Source: Thermoanaerobaculia bacterium
GTDB taxonomy: Bacteria > Acidobacteriota > Thermoanaerobaculia > Multivoradales > JAHEKO01
DNA: 64,000 bases
Assembly: GCA_945787575.1 (NCBI GenBank)
Contig: CALZKB010000003.1
Coordinates: forward strand, 19,207 to 83,206
Direction of reading: 5' to 3'
A program made the position numbers and the translations under genes. The notes below the pieces were generated by a model, which saw only the letters and a list, made by a program, of their open reading frames with translations, searched no databases and was not told the DNA's origin. Position 1 is the stretch's first letter; the number at the start of each line of letters is the position of its first letter. Shown piece by piece: positions 27,269 to 37,921 of the stretch.

Positions 27269-27485
27269 TGGAGTCCTCTCCTCCGAGGTCGGCCGGTCGA
27301 GCGTGCCCGGTCATCTCTAGCAGAGAACGCCCCGCCCCACCCCGCCCTCAAGGGTGGGCAGGGCTTCAAGGTGTGGACCTGGGACCTGCCGGGGCGGGAG
27401 CGGGCGAAGAGGTCAGGAGAAGCGTCGAGCCCACCGGCGCCCGGAACTGACTCGGCCCCGGTCGGGTCTCATCTGTCGAGGAGAT

Positions 27486-28021
27486 GTGAAAGTGGCGGCC
27501 CGACTATTCGAGACCACAAACCCGGGATACTGGGCACAATTGGTCCACACTGAGGCCGCAGAGAAGCGTGACGAACGCCGACGACTCCACTTGGCCGCTC
27601 TCGGAGCCCTCCTCTTGCATGGCGTGATCTTCTCCTTGCGCCTGCCCGAGAGCGGCCGTTCGATCACGGTCCCAGAGCCGGAGCGCCCGTTCTTCGCGAT
27701 CGTGCCGCTCCCCTCCGAACCGCGGCCGCCCGTTGCTCAACCACCGCGGCGGCCGGAGCGAGCCCGCAGAGCGACGATCGTCGTGCCCGGGCCTCCGGAG
27801 GTCGACTTCGAGCCACTCGAGCCCGCGCCGCTCGCCGTCTCCATCGAAGTCCCGCGCATCGAGCCCGTCGACTTCATTCCGCCGCCACCACCGCCGGCGG
27901 AGCCGACCGGCCCGGTGCGCTACGACTCGACGATCACCCGGCCGGAGCGCCTCCACGCGCCGCTGCCTCGCTACACCGAACAGGCCCGCAGCGTGCGGCG
28001 GCTAGCGAGGAATCGCTCGCT

Positions 28022-28025
<4 letters not shown>
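27486..28025 (+). pseudogene. Truncated TonB-like energy transducer
   Basis: TM with conserved His (ALLLHGVIF), Pro-rich linker, then PLPRYTEQAR and an early stop where the TonB C-domain begins. Confidence 0.72.
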
Positions 28026-28927
<902 letters not shown>

Positions 28928-28931
28928 CGAC

Positions 28932-30014
28932 CTAGGACTCGAGTTTGTGAGCGCCGGCCTCGACCAGGCGGCCCAGCAGGGGCGCCAGCAGATCCGGCGT
29001 CAGATTGATGTGGTCGATGCTCTCGAGATGACGAGCGACCTCCTTGGCCGCCAGCGCCCAGGCGATCTCGGCAGGCAGGCTGCCGTAGGCTTCCATCCGC
29101 CCCTTCTCGGCTTCGACCAGAGCCTCCTCGACCGAGCGGATCTTCGCCGCCTTGGCCTTTCCCGTGAGCCGCGTCGCGTCGGCGGTGGCGCTCGCCTCGA
29201 TCCTCCGGCGATCGGCCTGAGCGGTCGCCTCGATCGACTCGCGCCGCGCGGAAGCCTCGGCTCGGATGTTGGCCGCCGTCGCCTCCTCGCGGGCCTTGCG
29301 CTGGTCGTTCAACCCTTCCTGCTCGATGAGATTCTCTTGCCGCCGCGCCAGCTCGATCTCGGTCTGGAGCTCGTTCTCGGCGATGGCGCGCTCCTTCTCG
29401 ACGGCTTCGGCCCGCCGCTGGAAGGCGGCCTCGTCGGCCTCCTGCTGAATCCCCTCACGGGCCGGCGCCTCGAGGGCGTTCTCGAGATCCGCCGTGGGCT
29501 TGAGTGCGGCGAGTCGCACCATGACGATCTCGAGCCCGATTCCCGCCAGCGACTCGTCGCCCTTGAGTCCTTCGCTCACCCGGCGATTGATCTCGGCTTG
29601 GCCGGCCTGCAAGATGACCCGGATCGGGTTCTCGGCGATGTAGGCCCAAGCATGCTGTTGGGCGAGCTGGCTCAAGACGAGAGAGAGCTTCTCGAGAGGC
29701 CGCGCCAAGTAGCCGCCGGTCTTGAGATCGAGGCTGAAGTCGAGGCGCCGGGCGAGCGTCGGAGGGTTCTTCACTCGATAGGTGATCACCCCCTGAGCCA
29801 TCACGTCCTGAAAGTCCGCGGAGCGAGCGTGAAAGGTGAACTGCAGGTCGCGGTCGTCGACCGGGATTTCGGCGATCGCCGTGGAAAGCGGATGGAACCA
29901 GAAGGCGATCCCCTCTCCGCTGCGCTGCAGCTCGCCCTTGCGAAACTGGAGGATGTGGAAGTTGGGCTCGGCTCGGAGGTGCCTAAGACTGCCGAATCGT
30001 CGAATCTCTGCCAT
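28932..30014 (-). CDS. SPFH/band-7 domain protein
   Basis: SADFQDVMAQGVITYRV...LDFS, coiled coil AVEKERAIAENELQTEIELA. Confidence 0.88.
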   Translation of the reverse strand: MAEIRRFGSLRHLRAEPNFHILQFRKGELQRSGEGIAFWFHPLSTAIAEIPVDDRDLQFTFHARSADFQDVMAQGVITYRVKNPPTLARRLDFSLDLKTGGYLARPLEKLSLVLSQLAQQHAWAYIAENPIRVILQAGQAEINRRVSEGLKGDESLAGIGLEIVMVRLAALKPTADLENALEAPAREGIQQEADEAAFQRRAEAVEKERAIAENELQTEIELARRQENLIEQEGLNDQRKAREEATAANIRAEASARRESIEATAQADRRRIEASATADATRLTGKAKAAKIRSVEEALVEAEKGRMEAYGSLPAEIAWALAAKEVARHLESIDHINLTPDLLAPLLGRLVEAGAHKLES

Positions 30015-30050
30015 CTGACTGCCTCCTGTCTGTCGGTGCCTCGAAAGGGT

Positions 30051-30749
30051 CTAAAGAGCAGAACGGCGCGCGAAGCGGTAGAGCTTCGCGGGTCGGTGCC
30101 CCACGTTGCGTTGTCGCGTCCCGGTGGCCTCCAGATCCCCGGAGGCCAGCATCCTGCGCCGGAACGAGTCCTTGTTGACCGGGCGTCCCGAGATCGTCTC
30201 GTGGACGGTCTGGAGCTGCATGAGCGTGAAGCGCTCGGGGAGCAGCTGAAAACCGATCGGCGAGTAGTTGAGTCGTCCCCGAAGGCGTTTGACCGCCATG
30301 CCGAGAATCTCGTCGTGATCGAAGGCCAAGTCGATCGGCTCTCCCGCCTCCGTGCTCACCGTGACCGGCCCTCCCGTCTCGCCCTCCCAGGGAACTTCGA
30401 CGCGCCCGACCACTCGATCGACCGAGTCGCCGCACGCTTCTCGGAAGCGATCGGCATGGACGAGAGCGAAGTAGGCGATCGTGATGATGCGCTCACGCGG
30501 ATCTCTCTGCGGATCGCCGAACGAATACAGCTGCTCGATGAAGAGATCCGCCAGCCTCGGCTGTTGGCGCAGTACCCGCGCCGCCGCGGCGTCGAGCGAC
30601 TCGTCAGGCTGAACGAATCCCCCGGGCAGACACCGCGCGCCCGCGAACGGCTCGTGCGAACGATCGACTAGCAAAGTCCAGAGCAGACCGTCCTGTGCGG
30701 TCAAGAGGGCGATGTCGACGGTGATGGCGAAACGGTCTCGGGTGGCCAT
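30051..30749 (-). CDS. nrtR: NrtR-family regulator (Nudix-like plus wHTH)
   Basis: LPGGFV, EQLYSFGDPQRDPR, LAFDHDEI, FTLMQLQ, SFRRRML, RPAKLYRF. Confidence 0.9.
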   Translation of the reverse strand: MATRDRFAITVDIALLTAQDGLLWTLLVDRSHEPFAGARCLPGGFVQPDESLDAAAARVLRQQPRLADLFIEQLYSFGDPQRDPRERIITIAYFALVHADRFREACGDSVDRVVGRVEVPWEGETGGPVTVSTEAGEPIDLAFDHDEILGMAVKRLRGRLNYSPIGFQLLPERFTLMQLQTVHETISGRPVNKDSFRRRMLASGDLEATGTRQRNVGHRPAKLYRFARRSAL

Positions 30750-30770
30750 GGGACCTCCTTATCTACGCAC

Positions 30771-30799
30771 AGCATATATGTACTAAGTATAAAAGTCAA
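30771..30799 (-). promoter_or_regulatory. Sigma70 promoter with overlapping NrtR-like operator
   Basis: TTGACT-17 nt-TATGCT, then AAGGAGGT RBS; imperfect 21-bp palindrome TATATGTACTAAGTATAAAAG (30775-30795) with a GT-N7-AT core. Confidence 0.72.
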
Positions 30800-30854
30800 G
30801 CCCCTCCAAGGTCCGGAGCGAGGCCGACAAAACGTCAGGCGCTACGATGACCTG

Positions 30855-31646
30855 GTGAATGGAACTGGTGGCTCGCCAGCCGGCAATGCAAAAGGAGCCG
30901 TCCGCCCCCGCCGGTGGCGCCTCGGCAAGAGCGTCTTGCTCGGTCTCTGGGCAGGCTGGCTGGCCGGCTCGATGGTGATGTTCGTCTACAGCGCGGTCGC
31001 GGGCGCGACCTGGCCGTCGTCGTGGCAAGCACCTTGGTCGGGGGCGACCGATTTCGTCGTGATGGAGGGAGGGCGGCTGGCGGTCTACATCAGCGACTTC
31101 GACCGCGTGCAGCTCTACTCGTCCAAAGGGGTTTTCGAGGGCTCCTTGGTGCGGGCCAAGGGCTACGTCAGCGGAGAGACTCGCCTCTCCTTGGCAACCG
31201 ATGGTCGGCTGTTCGTGACGGCGTCGCACGGTCGCCTGCGCAGCTACTCTCCGGAAGGGAGACTGCTCGACGAGAGGAGCGACGGCGTGGGCTTTAGAGG
31301 TTGGCAGCTCGGCGCTGACGGCGAGCCGGTCGCACTGGATCAGCCCTCCGGAGGAGAGCGCACCGAAGCCGTCGAGCCGGGCGAGGTCCTTTTTGCCGGC
31401 TATCCGGCACCCAAGCGGAGCGAGTTCGTGGGAGCCGAAGGCAGACGCGCTACGTCGGCAGGATCGACCATCGTCTTGGGTGGGAACGACGGCAGCGAGG
31501 TGAAGGTGGGAACACCCTGGTACTTGGTCCCGGTGAAGTACCCGTGGCCGGGCTCTGCGCCGTGGATCGTCCTCATCGTCGTCTCGGCCATCGACCGGCT
31601 GCGGACCAGAATGTGGAGCTCGGCGCCCGGCAAGCGCGAGAGTTAG
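30855..31646 (+). CDS. Hypothetical protein, N- and C-terminal TM flanking a beta-rich domain
   Basis: Hydrophobic ends; YISDFDRVQLYSSKGVF resembles an NHL-like strand. Confidence 0.62.
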   Translation: MNGTGGSPAGNAKGAVRPRRWRLGKSVLLGLWAGWLAGSMVMFVYSAVAGATWPSSWQAPWSGATDFVVMEGGRLAVYISDFDRVQLYSSKGVFEGSLVRAKGYVSGETRLSLATDGRLFVTASHGRLRSYSPEGRLLDERSDGVGFRGWQLGADGEPVALDQPSGGERTEAVEPGEVLFAGYPAPKRSEFVGAEGRRATSAGSTIVLGGNDGSEVKVGTPWYLVPVKYPWPGSAPWIVLIVVSAIDRLRTRMWSSAPGKRES

Positions 31647-31697
31647 CCGCGAGCGACTCCTCCTCGGCCGGAGGATAGCGAGCGATATGCTCCCCGG

Positions 31698-32475
31698 ATG
31701 GCGAGCTCTCAGCGGGTCGGTTCGGCGCTCCTCGCCGGCTGCATGCTGTCCCTGCCGGCGGCTACCAAGGAGCTCCTCTCCTGCGCGACGCCGGAGTCGG
31801 CGGCCGCTTTCGAGCCTGTCTACGAAGGGGTAGATCCTTCCGATTGCTCGTTCACGTCCACAACCCCGATCCGGCCTACGATCCGACGACGCCCCGCGTT
31901 ATCGAGGTCGTCGTCCACGTGATCATGGATTCCTCCTGCCTCGAGGGCGCCTTCTCCGACGAGATGGTGGCGAGTCAGATCGAGATCCTCAACGAGGATT
32001 TCCTGGCCCTGGCCGGCACTCCCGGCGCGAACGGCACCGACGCCCAGATTCGATTCGATTTCGCCGACGCCGACCCTCAGGCTGAGCCGACGACCGGGAT
32101 CACTCGCGACAACACGATCTGGTTCAACGACGACGGCGACTACTGGGAGACCCTAGCGTGGGATCCGCACCGCTACCTGAATCTCTACACCAACACCGCC
32201 TCCGGCGCCCGCGGTAACGTCCCCTTCCTTCCGCTCAGGGCGGGGTCGGCGGTAACGCCGACCGAGTGGTGCTCAACCATCTGGTCTTCGGCCGCAACGG
32301 TGCGTTCTACATGGAGCTCACCGACGACTTGTGCATGGAGGGTTTCACCGCCGAGCAAGCAAAGCGAGTGCGCTGCACGCTCGAGCACTACCGTCGCGAC
32401 CTCGCCGATTCTCCGATCTTCGAGTACGGCTTCGAATCAGGCGATACGAGCGCTTGGACGGCCTCGGTCCCGTAG
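31698..32475 (+). pseudogene. M43 (ulilysin/pappalysin-like) metalloprotease relic with GFESGDTSAW tail
   Basis: Three frames: signal peptide; VVVHVI...QIEILNEDF...WDPHRYLNLY; YMELTDDLCMEGFTAEQ. The HExxH region is missing. Confidence 0.8.
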
Positions 32476-32499
32476 ACCTGCAGACAGCGACACGCCACC

Positions 32500-33129
32500 G
32501 TGATCGAGCAAGCCGACCACCGGTCTCCCGTCGAACGGATCGACGCCTCACGCCTCCCCGAGGCGGTCGCCGTCCACTGCGAGGCTTTCTTCGACTACCC
32601 GACCATGCGCTTCGTCCTCGAAGGGTCGGCCAGCGACTACGAAGATCGACTGGCAGCTCTCATCGGGCTCTTCTTGGACGTTACCTACCTCAAGAACGGA
32701 GTCGTCTTCGGGATCTCCGAGAACGGCGAGCTCGTCGCCGCGGCGGACGCGGTGCGCTCGGGCTCGCCCGAGCCACCCGAGCTCGGCCGACGGCGCCAGT
32801 TGCTGTGGGAGCGTCTGGGCGAAGGAGCTCGCCTACGCTATGAAGCCTACTCCGCCCTCACCGAGCCGTTTGCGCCCGACGCGCCACACTACTACCTCAG
32901 CATGCTCGGCGTGCGGCGGCGCTTCGCCGGTCGAGGTCTGGCGCGCCCTCTTCTCGAAGCAGTCCAAGCGCTCTCTCTGGCCGATCCGATTTCGACCGGG
33001 GTGGCGCTCGAGACCGAGGACCTCGACAACGTCGGCTTCTATCAGCACTTCGGCTATCGAATCGTCGGCCAGGCTCGAGTGGGCGACGGCGTGGAATCGT
33101 GGGGGTTCTTCAGGCAGGACGAGGACTAG
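32500..33129 (+). CDS. GNAT N-acetyltransferase
   Basis: AFFDYP, HYYLSMLGV...GRGLARPLL, LETEDLDNVGFYQHFGY. Confidence 0.9.
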   Translation: MIEQADHRSPVERIDASRLPEAVAVHCEAFFDYPTMRFVLEGSASDYEDRLAALIGLFLDVTYLKNGVVFGISENGELVAAADAVRSGSPEPPELGRRRQLLWERLGEGARLRYEAYSALTEPFAPDAPHYYLSMLGVRRRFAGRGLARPLLEAVQALSLADPISTGVALETEDLDNVGFYQHFGYRIVGQARVGDGVESWGFFRQDED

Positions 33130-33156
33130 TTCTCTTTCCGAGCTGTTAAGCTCCAC

Positions 33157-33199
33157 CGCCACTACTTCGCAACAATTCAGCGCCACTACTTCGCAACAA
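33157..33199 (+). repeat. Direct repeat, 19-bp identical core, 24-bp period
   Basis: CGCCACTACTTCGCAACAA at 33157-33175 and 33181-33199. Confidence 0.9.
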
Positions 33200-33239
33200 G
33201 GGGTCCAACGAAGAATGATCGGTAGCGAAAGGAGAGTCC

Positions 33240-33824
33240 ATGCGCAATGTGACCGTTGTTTCATGCTGTCTGCTCGCTAGCCTCCTTGGAGCTGCGAGTG
33301 CCGGCGCGCTCGAGTACGCCGGGTATCTGTCGGTCAACGACGACGACTATGGCTACTGGGAAGGGCGACCGATGGTATTCGTCGACGGCGACCGACTACC
33401 CCTCGACGAGCAACATGGCGCAACCTCGGAGTACGTCTTCGCGCTCTCACACGATCTCGCCCAGGGGCTGGTGAGACAGTTCATTCCGCGAGCGGAGTCC
33501 GAGCGCCAAGGCAACATGCTCGGGGCGGTTGCCGAGGAGGCCACCGGAGTTGCCCGAGGCAGGAAAGAGTCGGAGCCTCCGAGGGGTGACGGCACTTGGG
33601 TGCCGTTGAGCGAGTTCTACGCCTTCGGCTTCGGCCAGTACGAGGGCTCCGATCCCACCCTCCACGTCTATTGCGACGATGGACCCGAGGTCTGGGCGTG
33701 GCTCTCGGGCCCCCATCCTCCGAGCGCGTCGCCCGACGATGCCGCGGACCGAGTGATCAGGGACGAGCTCGACATGGCCCGCCTCAAGCTCCGATGCGAC
33801 CGACCGATCGAGCCGTCTCCCTAG
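33240..33824 (+). CDS. Secreted hypothetical protein
   Basis: AAGGAG RBS; signal peptide ending ASAGA. Confidence 0.68.
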   Translation: MRNVTVVSCCLLASLLGAASAGALEYAGYLSVNDDDYGYWEGRPMVFVDGDRLPLDEQHGATSEYVFALSHDLAQGLVRQFIPRAESERQGNMLGAVAEEATGVARGRKESEPPRGDGTWVPLSEFYAFGFGQYEGSDPTLHVYCDDGPEVWAWLSGPHPPSASPDDAADRVIRDELDMARLKLRCDRPIEPSP

Positions 33825-33831
33825 GAGCTTG

Positions 33832-34020
33832 CTACGGTTCCTCCTCGAGCGCTTGCGAGGCGGCCACCAGGATCGCGCGCGCCGACGTCGTGGTGCCGCT
33901 GATCCCGTCGACTTCGAGGTGTCCGGCCGACGCCACCTTCTCCAGCACCAGCGTCGCCAGCTCCGGGTAGCGACCGGCGGGCTGCTCGAGGCTGCCCTCG
34001 CCGACGACGAGCAGCGGGGA
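33832..34020 (-). pseudogene. C-terminal relic of an FMN-binding (flavinylation) domain
   Basis: Frame without a start: ...LEKVASAGHLEVDGISGTTTSARAILVAASQALEEEP*, resembling VDAxSGATxS..I..A...AL. Confidence 0.62.
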
Positions 34021-34118
34021 CGTGGCCCCGCTCTCGCGACGGCGAACGCCACCCTACCGGGTGTTTTCGGAAGTTGCCGAGCGTCGTTAGGCTCTGCGAA
34101 CGAGGAGGTGAAGAGACG

Positions 34119-34595
34119 ATGAAGACACCCCAGGCGATCGAGGACTTCCTCGAGCAGAAGCGGATCGCGGTCACCGGCGTGTCGCGCGAGGCGAGCGATG
34201 CCGCCGCCAACCTCATCTACCGCAAGCTGCGCAGCAGCGGGTACGAGGTCTACGCCGTCAACCCCAACGCCGAGAGCGTCGAGGGCGATCCGGCCTACCC
34301 GAACCTCGCCTCGATTCCCGGTGCGCCGGTCGATGGGGTGGTGATCGCCAGTCACCCCGATGTGGCGCCCGGCTCCGTGGGCGAGTGCGTCGGGCTGGGG
34401 ATCACCCGAGTCTGGATGCACCGCTCCTTCGGCCGGGGCAGCGTCTCGAAGCCCGCCGTCGAGCTCTGCCGCGAGAACGGGATCCGCGTCATCGACGGCG
34501 GCTGTCCGATGATGTTCTGCCCGCCGGTCGACCTCGGCCACCGCTGTATTCGCTGGGTCCTCGCCCGAACCGGCGGTATCCCGCGGGCCGCTTGA
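34119..34595 (+). CDS. CoA-binding (YccU-like) protein
   Basis: GAGGAGGT RBS; IAVTGVSR, YAVNPN, VWMH, GGCPMMF. Confidence 0.9.
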   Translation: MKTPQAIEDFLEQKRIAVTGVSREASDAAANLIYRKLRSSGYEVYAVNPNAESVEGDPAYPNLASIPGAPVDGVVIASHPDVAPGSVGECVGLGITRVWMHRSFGRGSVSKPAVELCRENGIRVIDGGCPMMFCPPVDLGHRCIRWVLARTGGIPRAA

Positions 34596-34661
34596 CCTCG
34601 CTCGGCTGGTCGACAGCCTTGCCGCGGGCGCGATGGTGGGGCCGCTTCGCGGCAGTCCCGC

Positions 34662-36638
34662 CTAGCCCGTTGAAGAGTCCCCTTCTTCGACCGCCCGGAT
34701 GAGATCGGACAGCGCTGCCGGGTTGCGTAGCGTTCCGGGATCGACCGCCTCCTCCACCGGGGTGCCGGCCAGGATTCGCTTGAGTGGCACCTCGAGCTTC
34801 TTGCCGCTGAGCGTCGTCGGGATCTCGCCGACCGCCCTGATAGCGTCCGGTCGGTGGCGGGGTGATAGTTGGCTCGCCAGCTCGTGGCGAATCCGTTCCT
34901 CGAGCTCCCGATCGAGCTCGGCCTCGGCGGTCAGCACGACGAAGAGCCAGAGCTCGCCCTCGCCGCCGGACCTGCTCTCGACGACGACCGCATCGACGAT
35001 CTCCTCGAGGCGATCGAGCACTCGATAGAACTCCGCCGTGCCCATCCGGACCCCGCCGCGGTTGAGGGTCGCGTCGGAGCGACCGCAGATGACCGCCCGG
35101 TTCTCACCGTCGAGTCGGATCCAGTCGCCGTGGCGCCAGACTCCCGGGAAGTGCTCGAAGTAGCTCTCTCGGTACCGCCGGTCCCCGTCGTCGTTCCAGA
35201 AGCGCAGCGGCATCGACGGCAAGGGTGTGGTGACGACCAGCTCGCCGACCTCGTCGACGACCGGCTGTCCGTCGGCGTCGAAGGCGGCGACACCGGTGGC
35301 GAGAGCCGGCACCTGCAGCTCTCCGGCCCGCACCGGGGCCAGCGGGCAGGCGGAGAAAAAGCAGCTGCAGATGTCGGTTCCGCCGCTCACCGAGGCCAAC
35401 CAGACGTCCGCCTTGACCCGGTCGTAGACCCAGCGGAAGCCCTCGGCGGTCAGCGGGGAGCCGGTCGAGCCGATTCCGCGCAGGTTGGCGAGGTCGAACC
35501 GCGCGCCCGGCGACAGGTCCTGCTTGCGGCACGCCATCAGAAACGGGGCGCTGACTCCGAAGTAGGTGATTCTCTCCTCGGCGGCGAGCGAGAACAGAGC
35601 GTCGAGGTCCGGGAACGAGGGGCTACCCTCGTAGAGCACGATGGTGGCGCCGACCAGCAGGCCGCCCACGAGGTAGTTCCACATCATCCAGCCGGTCGTC
35701 GTGTACCAGAAAAAACGATCGCCGACGCCGAGATCGGTATGGAGCGCCAGCTGCTTGAGGTGCTCGACGAGGATGCCTCCGTGCCCGTGCACGATCGCCT
35801 TCGGTAGCCCGGTCGTGCCCGAGGAGTAGAGAATCCAAAGCGGGTGGTCGAAGGCGAGCGGCTCGAAGGCGAGCGGCTCGAATCGGGCGGTGAGGTCGGT
35901 CCACGAGAGCCACCCCGGCATCGGGACTTCGGGGTCGGACGTCAGCACGCTGGCTTCGAGGGTGGGCAGACCCTCCGCGATCGCCGCCACCTCCTCGCGG
36001 CGCTCGAAGGTCTTGCCGCCGTGGCGGTAGCGCTCGGCCGCGAGCAGCACCTTGGGCTCGATCTGCCCGAACCGATCGAGCGCGCTCGAGACCCCGAACT
36101 CGGGCGGACAGCTCGACCAGATGGCTCCGAGGCTGGCGGATGCGAGCAGTCCGACGACCGCCTGTGGATCGTTGGGGACATAGGCCACGACGCGATCTCC
36201 GGTGCCGACCCCAAGAGCTCGGAGGCCCGCTCGGAGTCGTGCCACCCGGTCGCGAAGCTGGCGCCAGCTCAACTCCAGGCGTCGACCGTCTTCCCGGCGG
36301 TAGATCAGCGCCAGATGGTCGCTCTCCGACGCCAGGGCGTGCTCGGCGTAGTTCAACCGCGAGCCCGGAAAGAAGTTGGCGCCCGGCATGATCGGCGAGG
36401 GCAGCACGCGCTCGGGTGGGCGGCGGAAGTCGACGTCGAAAAAGTCGACCAGCGATTGCCAGAAAGCCTCCAGGTTCTCCACCGACCAACGCCACAGGGC
36501 GCCGTAGCCGTCGAATCGCAGGTCTCGCTCGGCTTCGAGCCAGGCGAGGTAGGCGGTGAGTCTGCAATTCCGCCGGACCGCCTCCGACGGCTCCCACAAC
36601 AGCTCTCCGCCGCCGTCGGTCGTCAGCCTGGCACTCAG
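34662..36638 (-). CDS. Acetoacetate-CoA ligase
   Basis: LLWEPS, YSSGTTGLPKAIVHGHGG, TTGWMMWN, SGGTDIC, WRHGDW, GRSDATLNRGGVRMGT, SGKKLE. Probable CTG start. Confidence 0.92.
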   Translation of the reverse strand: MSARLTTDGGGELLWEPSEAVRRNCRLTAYLAWLEAERDLRFDGYGALWRWSVENLEAFWQSLVDFFDVDFRRPPERVLPSPIMPGANFFPGSRLNYAEHALASESDHLALIYRREDGRRLELSWRQLRDRVARLRAGLRALGVGTGDRVVAYVPNDPQAVVGLLASASLGAIWSSCPPEFGVSSALDRFGQIEPKVLLAAERYRHGGKTFERREEVAAIAEGLPTLEASVLTSDPEVPMPGWLSWTDLTARFEPLAFEPLAFDHPLWILYSSGTTGLPKAIVHGHGGILVEHLKQLALHTDLGVGDRFFWYTTTGWMMWNYLVGGLLVGATIVLYEGSPSFPDLDALFSLAAEERITYFGVSAPFLMACRKQDLSPGARFDLANLRGIGSTGSPLTAEGFRWVYDRVKADVWLASVSGGTDICSCFFSACPLAPVRAGELQVPALATGVAAFDADGQPVVDEVGELVVTTPLPSMPLRFWNDDGDRRYRESYFEHFPGVWRHGDWIRLDGENRAVICGRSDATLNRGGVRMGTAEFYRVLDRLEEIVDAVVVESRSGGEGELWLFVVLTAEAELDRELEERIRHELASQLSPRHRPDAIRAVGEIPTTLSGKKLEVPLKRILAGTPVEEAVDPGTLRNPAALSDLIRAVEEGDSSTG

Positions 36639-37207
36639 TGGTGATCCACCTGCAAGATCGGGCTGACGCCGGAGAACACCGGCTCGAGCTCGACGCCCAG
36701 CGCGTCCCCGAACTTGCTGACGAAGATGTAGACCGAGATGGTGAAGACCGCCTCGACGATCTGCGGCTCGGTGAAGTGCTCGTGGAGACGTGACCACAGC
36801 TCCTTCGAGACTCGATTGGCGTCGACGCCGATCTGCACCGTGAGGTCGAGTAGCGCCTTCTCCGCGTCGCTGAAATGAGGGCTCGTCTGGTAGCGATCGT
36901 CACCGATGTCGGCGATCTTCTCCTGCGAGATGCCCAGTCGCTGGCTGAGGGTCTCGTGCTGGACGACGCAGTACTGACACTGATTGCGGTGGGTCGCCTT
37001 GAGAATCAGGAGCTCCTTGGTCGTCCAATCGAGCTCGCCGTCCTTGAGGATCGCCATGACGAGCTCGGTGAAGACGCTGCCGAGCTCGGGGGTGTGCCCG
37101 AACACCTTGAAGATGTTGAGGAGCATCTCGAAGCGCTCCTCGGCCTTGTCGTAGAAGGCGTTGGTGGCAGCATCGGCCTGCTCGCGTTCGACGTAGGAAA
37201 CGGTCAT
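36635..37207 (-). CDS. AhpD/carboxymuconolactone decarboxylase-family protein
   Basis: KELLILKAT...NQCQYCVVQH, FSDAEKALL, HFTEPQIVE. Confidence 0.88.
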   Translation of the reverse strand: MTVSYVEREQADAATNAFYDKAEERFEMLLNIFKVFGHTPELGSVFTELVMAILKDGELDWTTKELLILKATHRNQCQYCVVQHETLSQRLGISQEKIADIGDDRYQTSPHFSDAEKALLDLTVQIGVDANRVSKELWSRLHEHFTEPQIVEAVFTISVYIFVSKFGDALGVELEPVFSGVSPILQVDHH

Positions 37208-37404
37208 CGTGGCTCTCCTCTATGCTGCGTCCAGCGGTTGGCGGTCGGCTGTGTAGCCTACCGCGATCGCGTCCGTCGTGGTCGCCTTCGGGCGACGGAT
37301 CAGTGCTCACGACCGTAGGCCCCGGCGAGAGAGGGATGGGAGCCCAGGGGTCTTGAGCCGAGCCCTCTGAATCACCCAGGATCAGAGTGCCGGCCGAGCA
37401 AGAC

Positions 37405-37745
37405 ATGAGCGAAGCCATCAGGGGAATTCACCACGTCACCGCGATCGCCACCGATCCTCAACGCAACGTCGACTTCTACGCTGGAGTGCTGGGTTTACGC
37501 CTGGCCAAGAAGACCGTCAACTTCGACGATCCGGCACCTACCACATCTACTACGGCGACGAGCTGGGGCGTCCCGGCACCATCCTGACGTTCTTTCCGTG
37601 GCCGCTGGCACGGCGCGGAAGCCGCGGCTTCGGCCAGGCCACGGTGACCTCGTTCTCGATTCCCGACGGATCGCTCGGCTTCTGGCAGACCCGCCTCGGA
37701 GAGCACGGCGTCGTCGCCGAGGAGCCGAAGTCTCGCGAGAGATGA
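37405..37745 (+). pseudogene. Ring-cleaving dioxygenase (VOC family) relic
   Basis: GIHHVTAI...KKTVNFDDP, 1-nt frameshift, then TYHIYYGDELGRPGTILTFFPWP; stops after about 113 codons. Confidence 0.85.
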
Positions 37746-37921
37746 TCGACTCCCTGTTCGACGGTGGCGATCGATCGACGTCGCAGGAGTAAGGGAGGCA
37801 AGGCGAACCGGGGGCTTTTGTCCCCGCCTGTTGAGCCTCCCACTGCCGATCGACCTCAACCCTGGCAGGGTGCGGTTGCGGCATCCGCGCTCGGGAGCCG
37901 GTGCCGAAGAGGCGCGACTCC

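Noticed and set aside
37281-37296. GTCGCC-TTCG-GGCGAC tetraloop hairpin as an ncRNA
   Set aside because: A single short hairpin in a divergent intergenic region is insufficient evidence.
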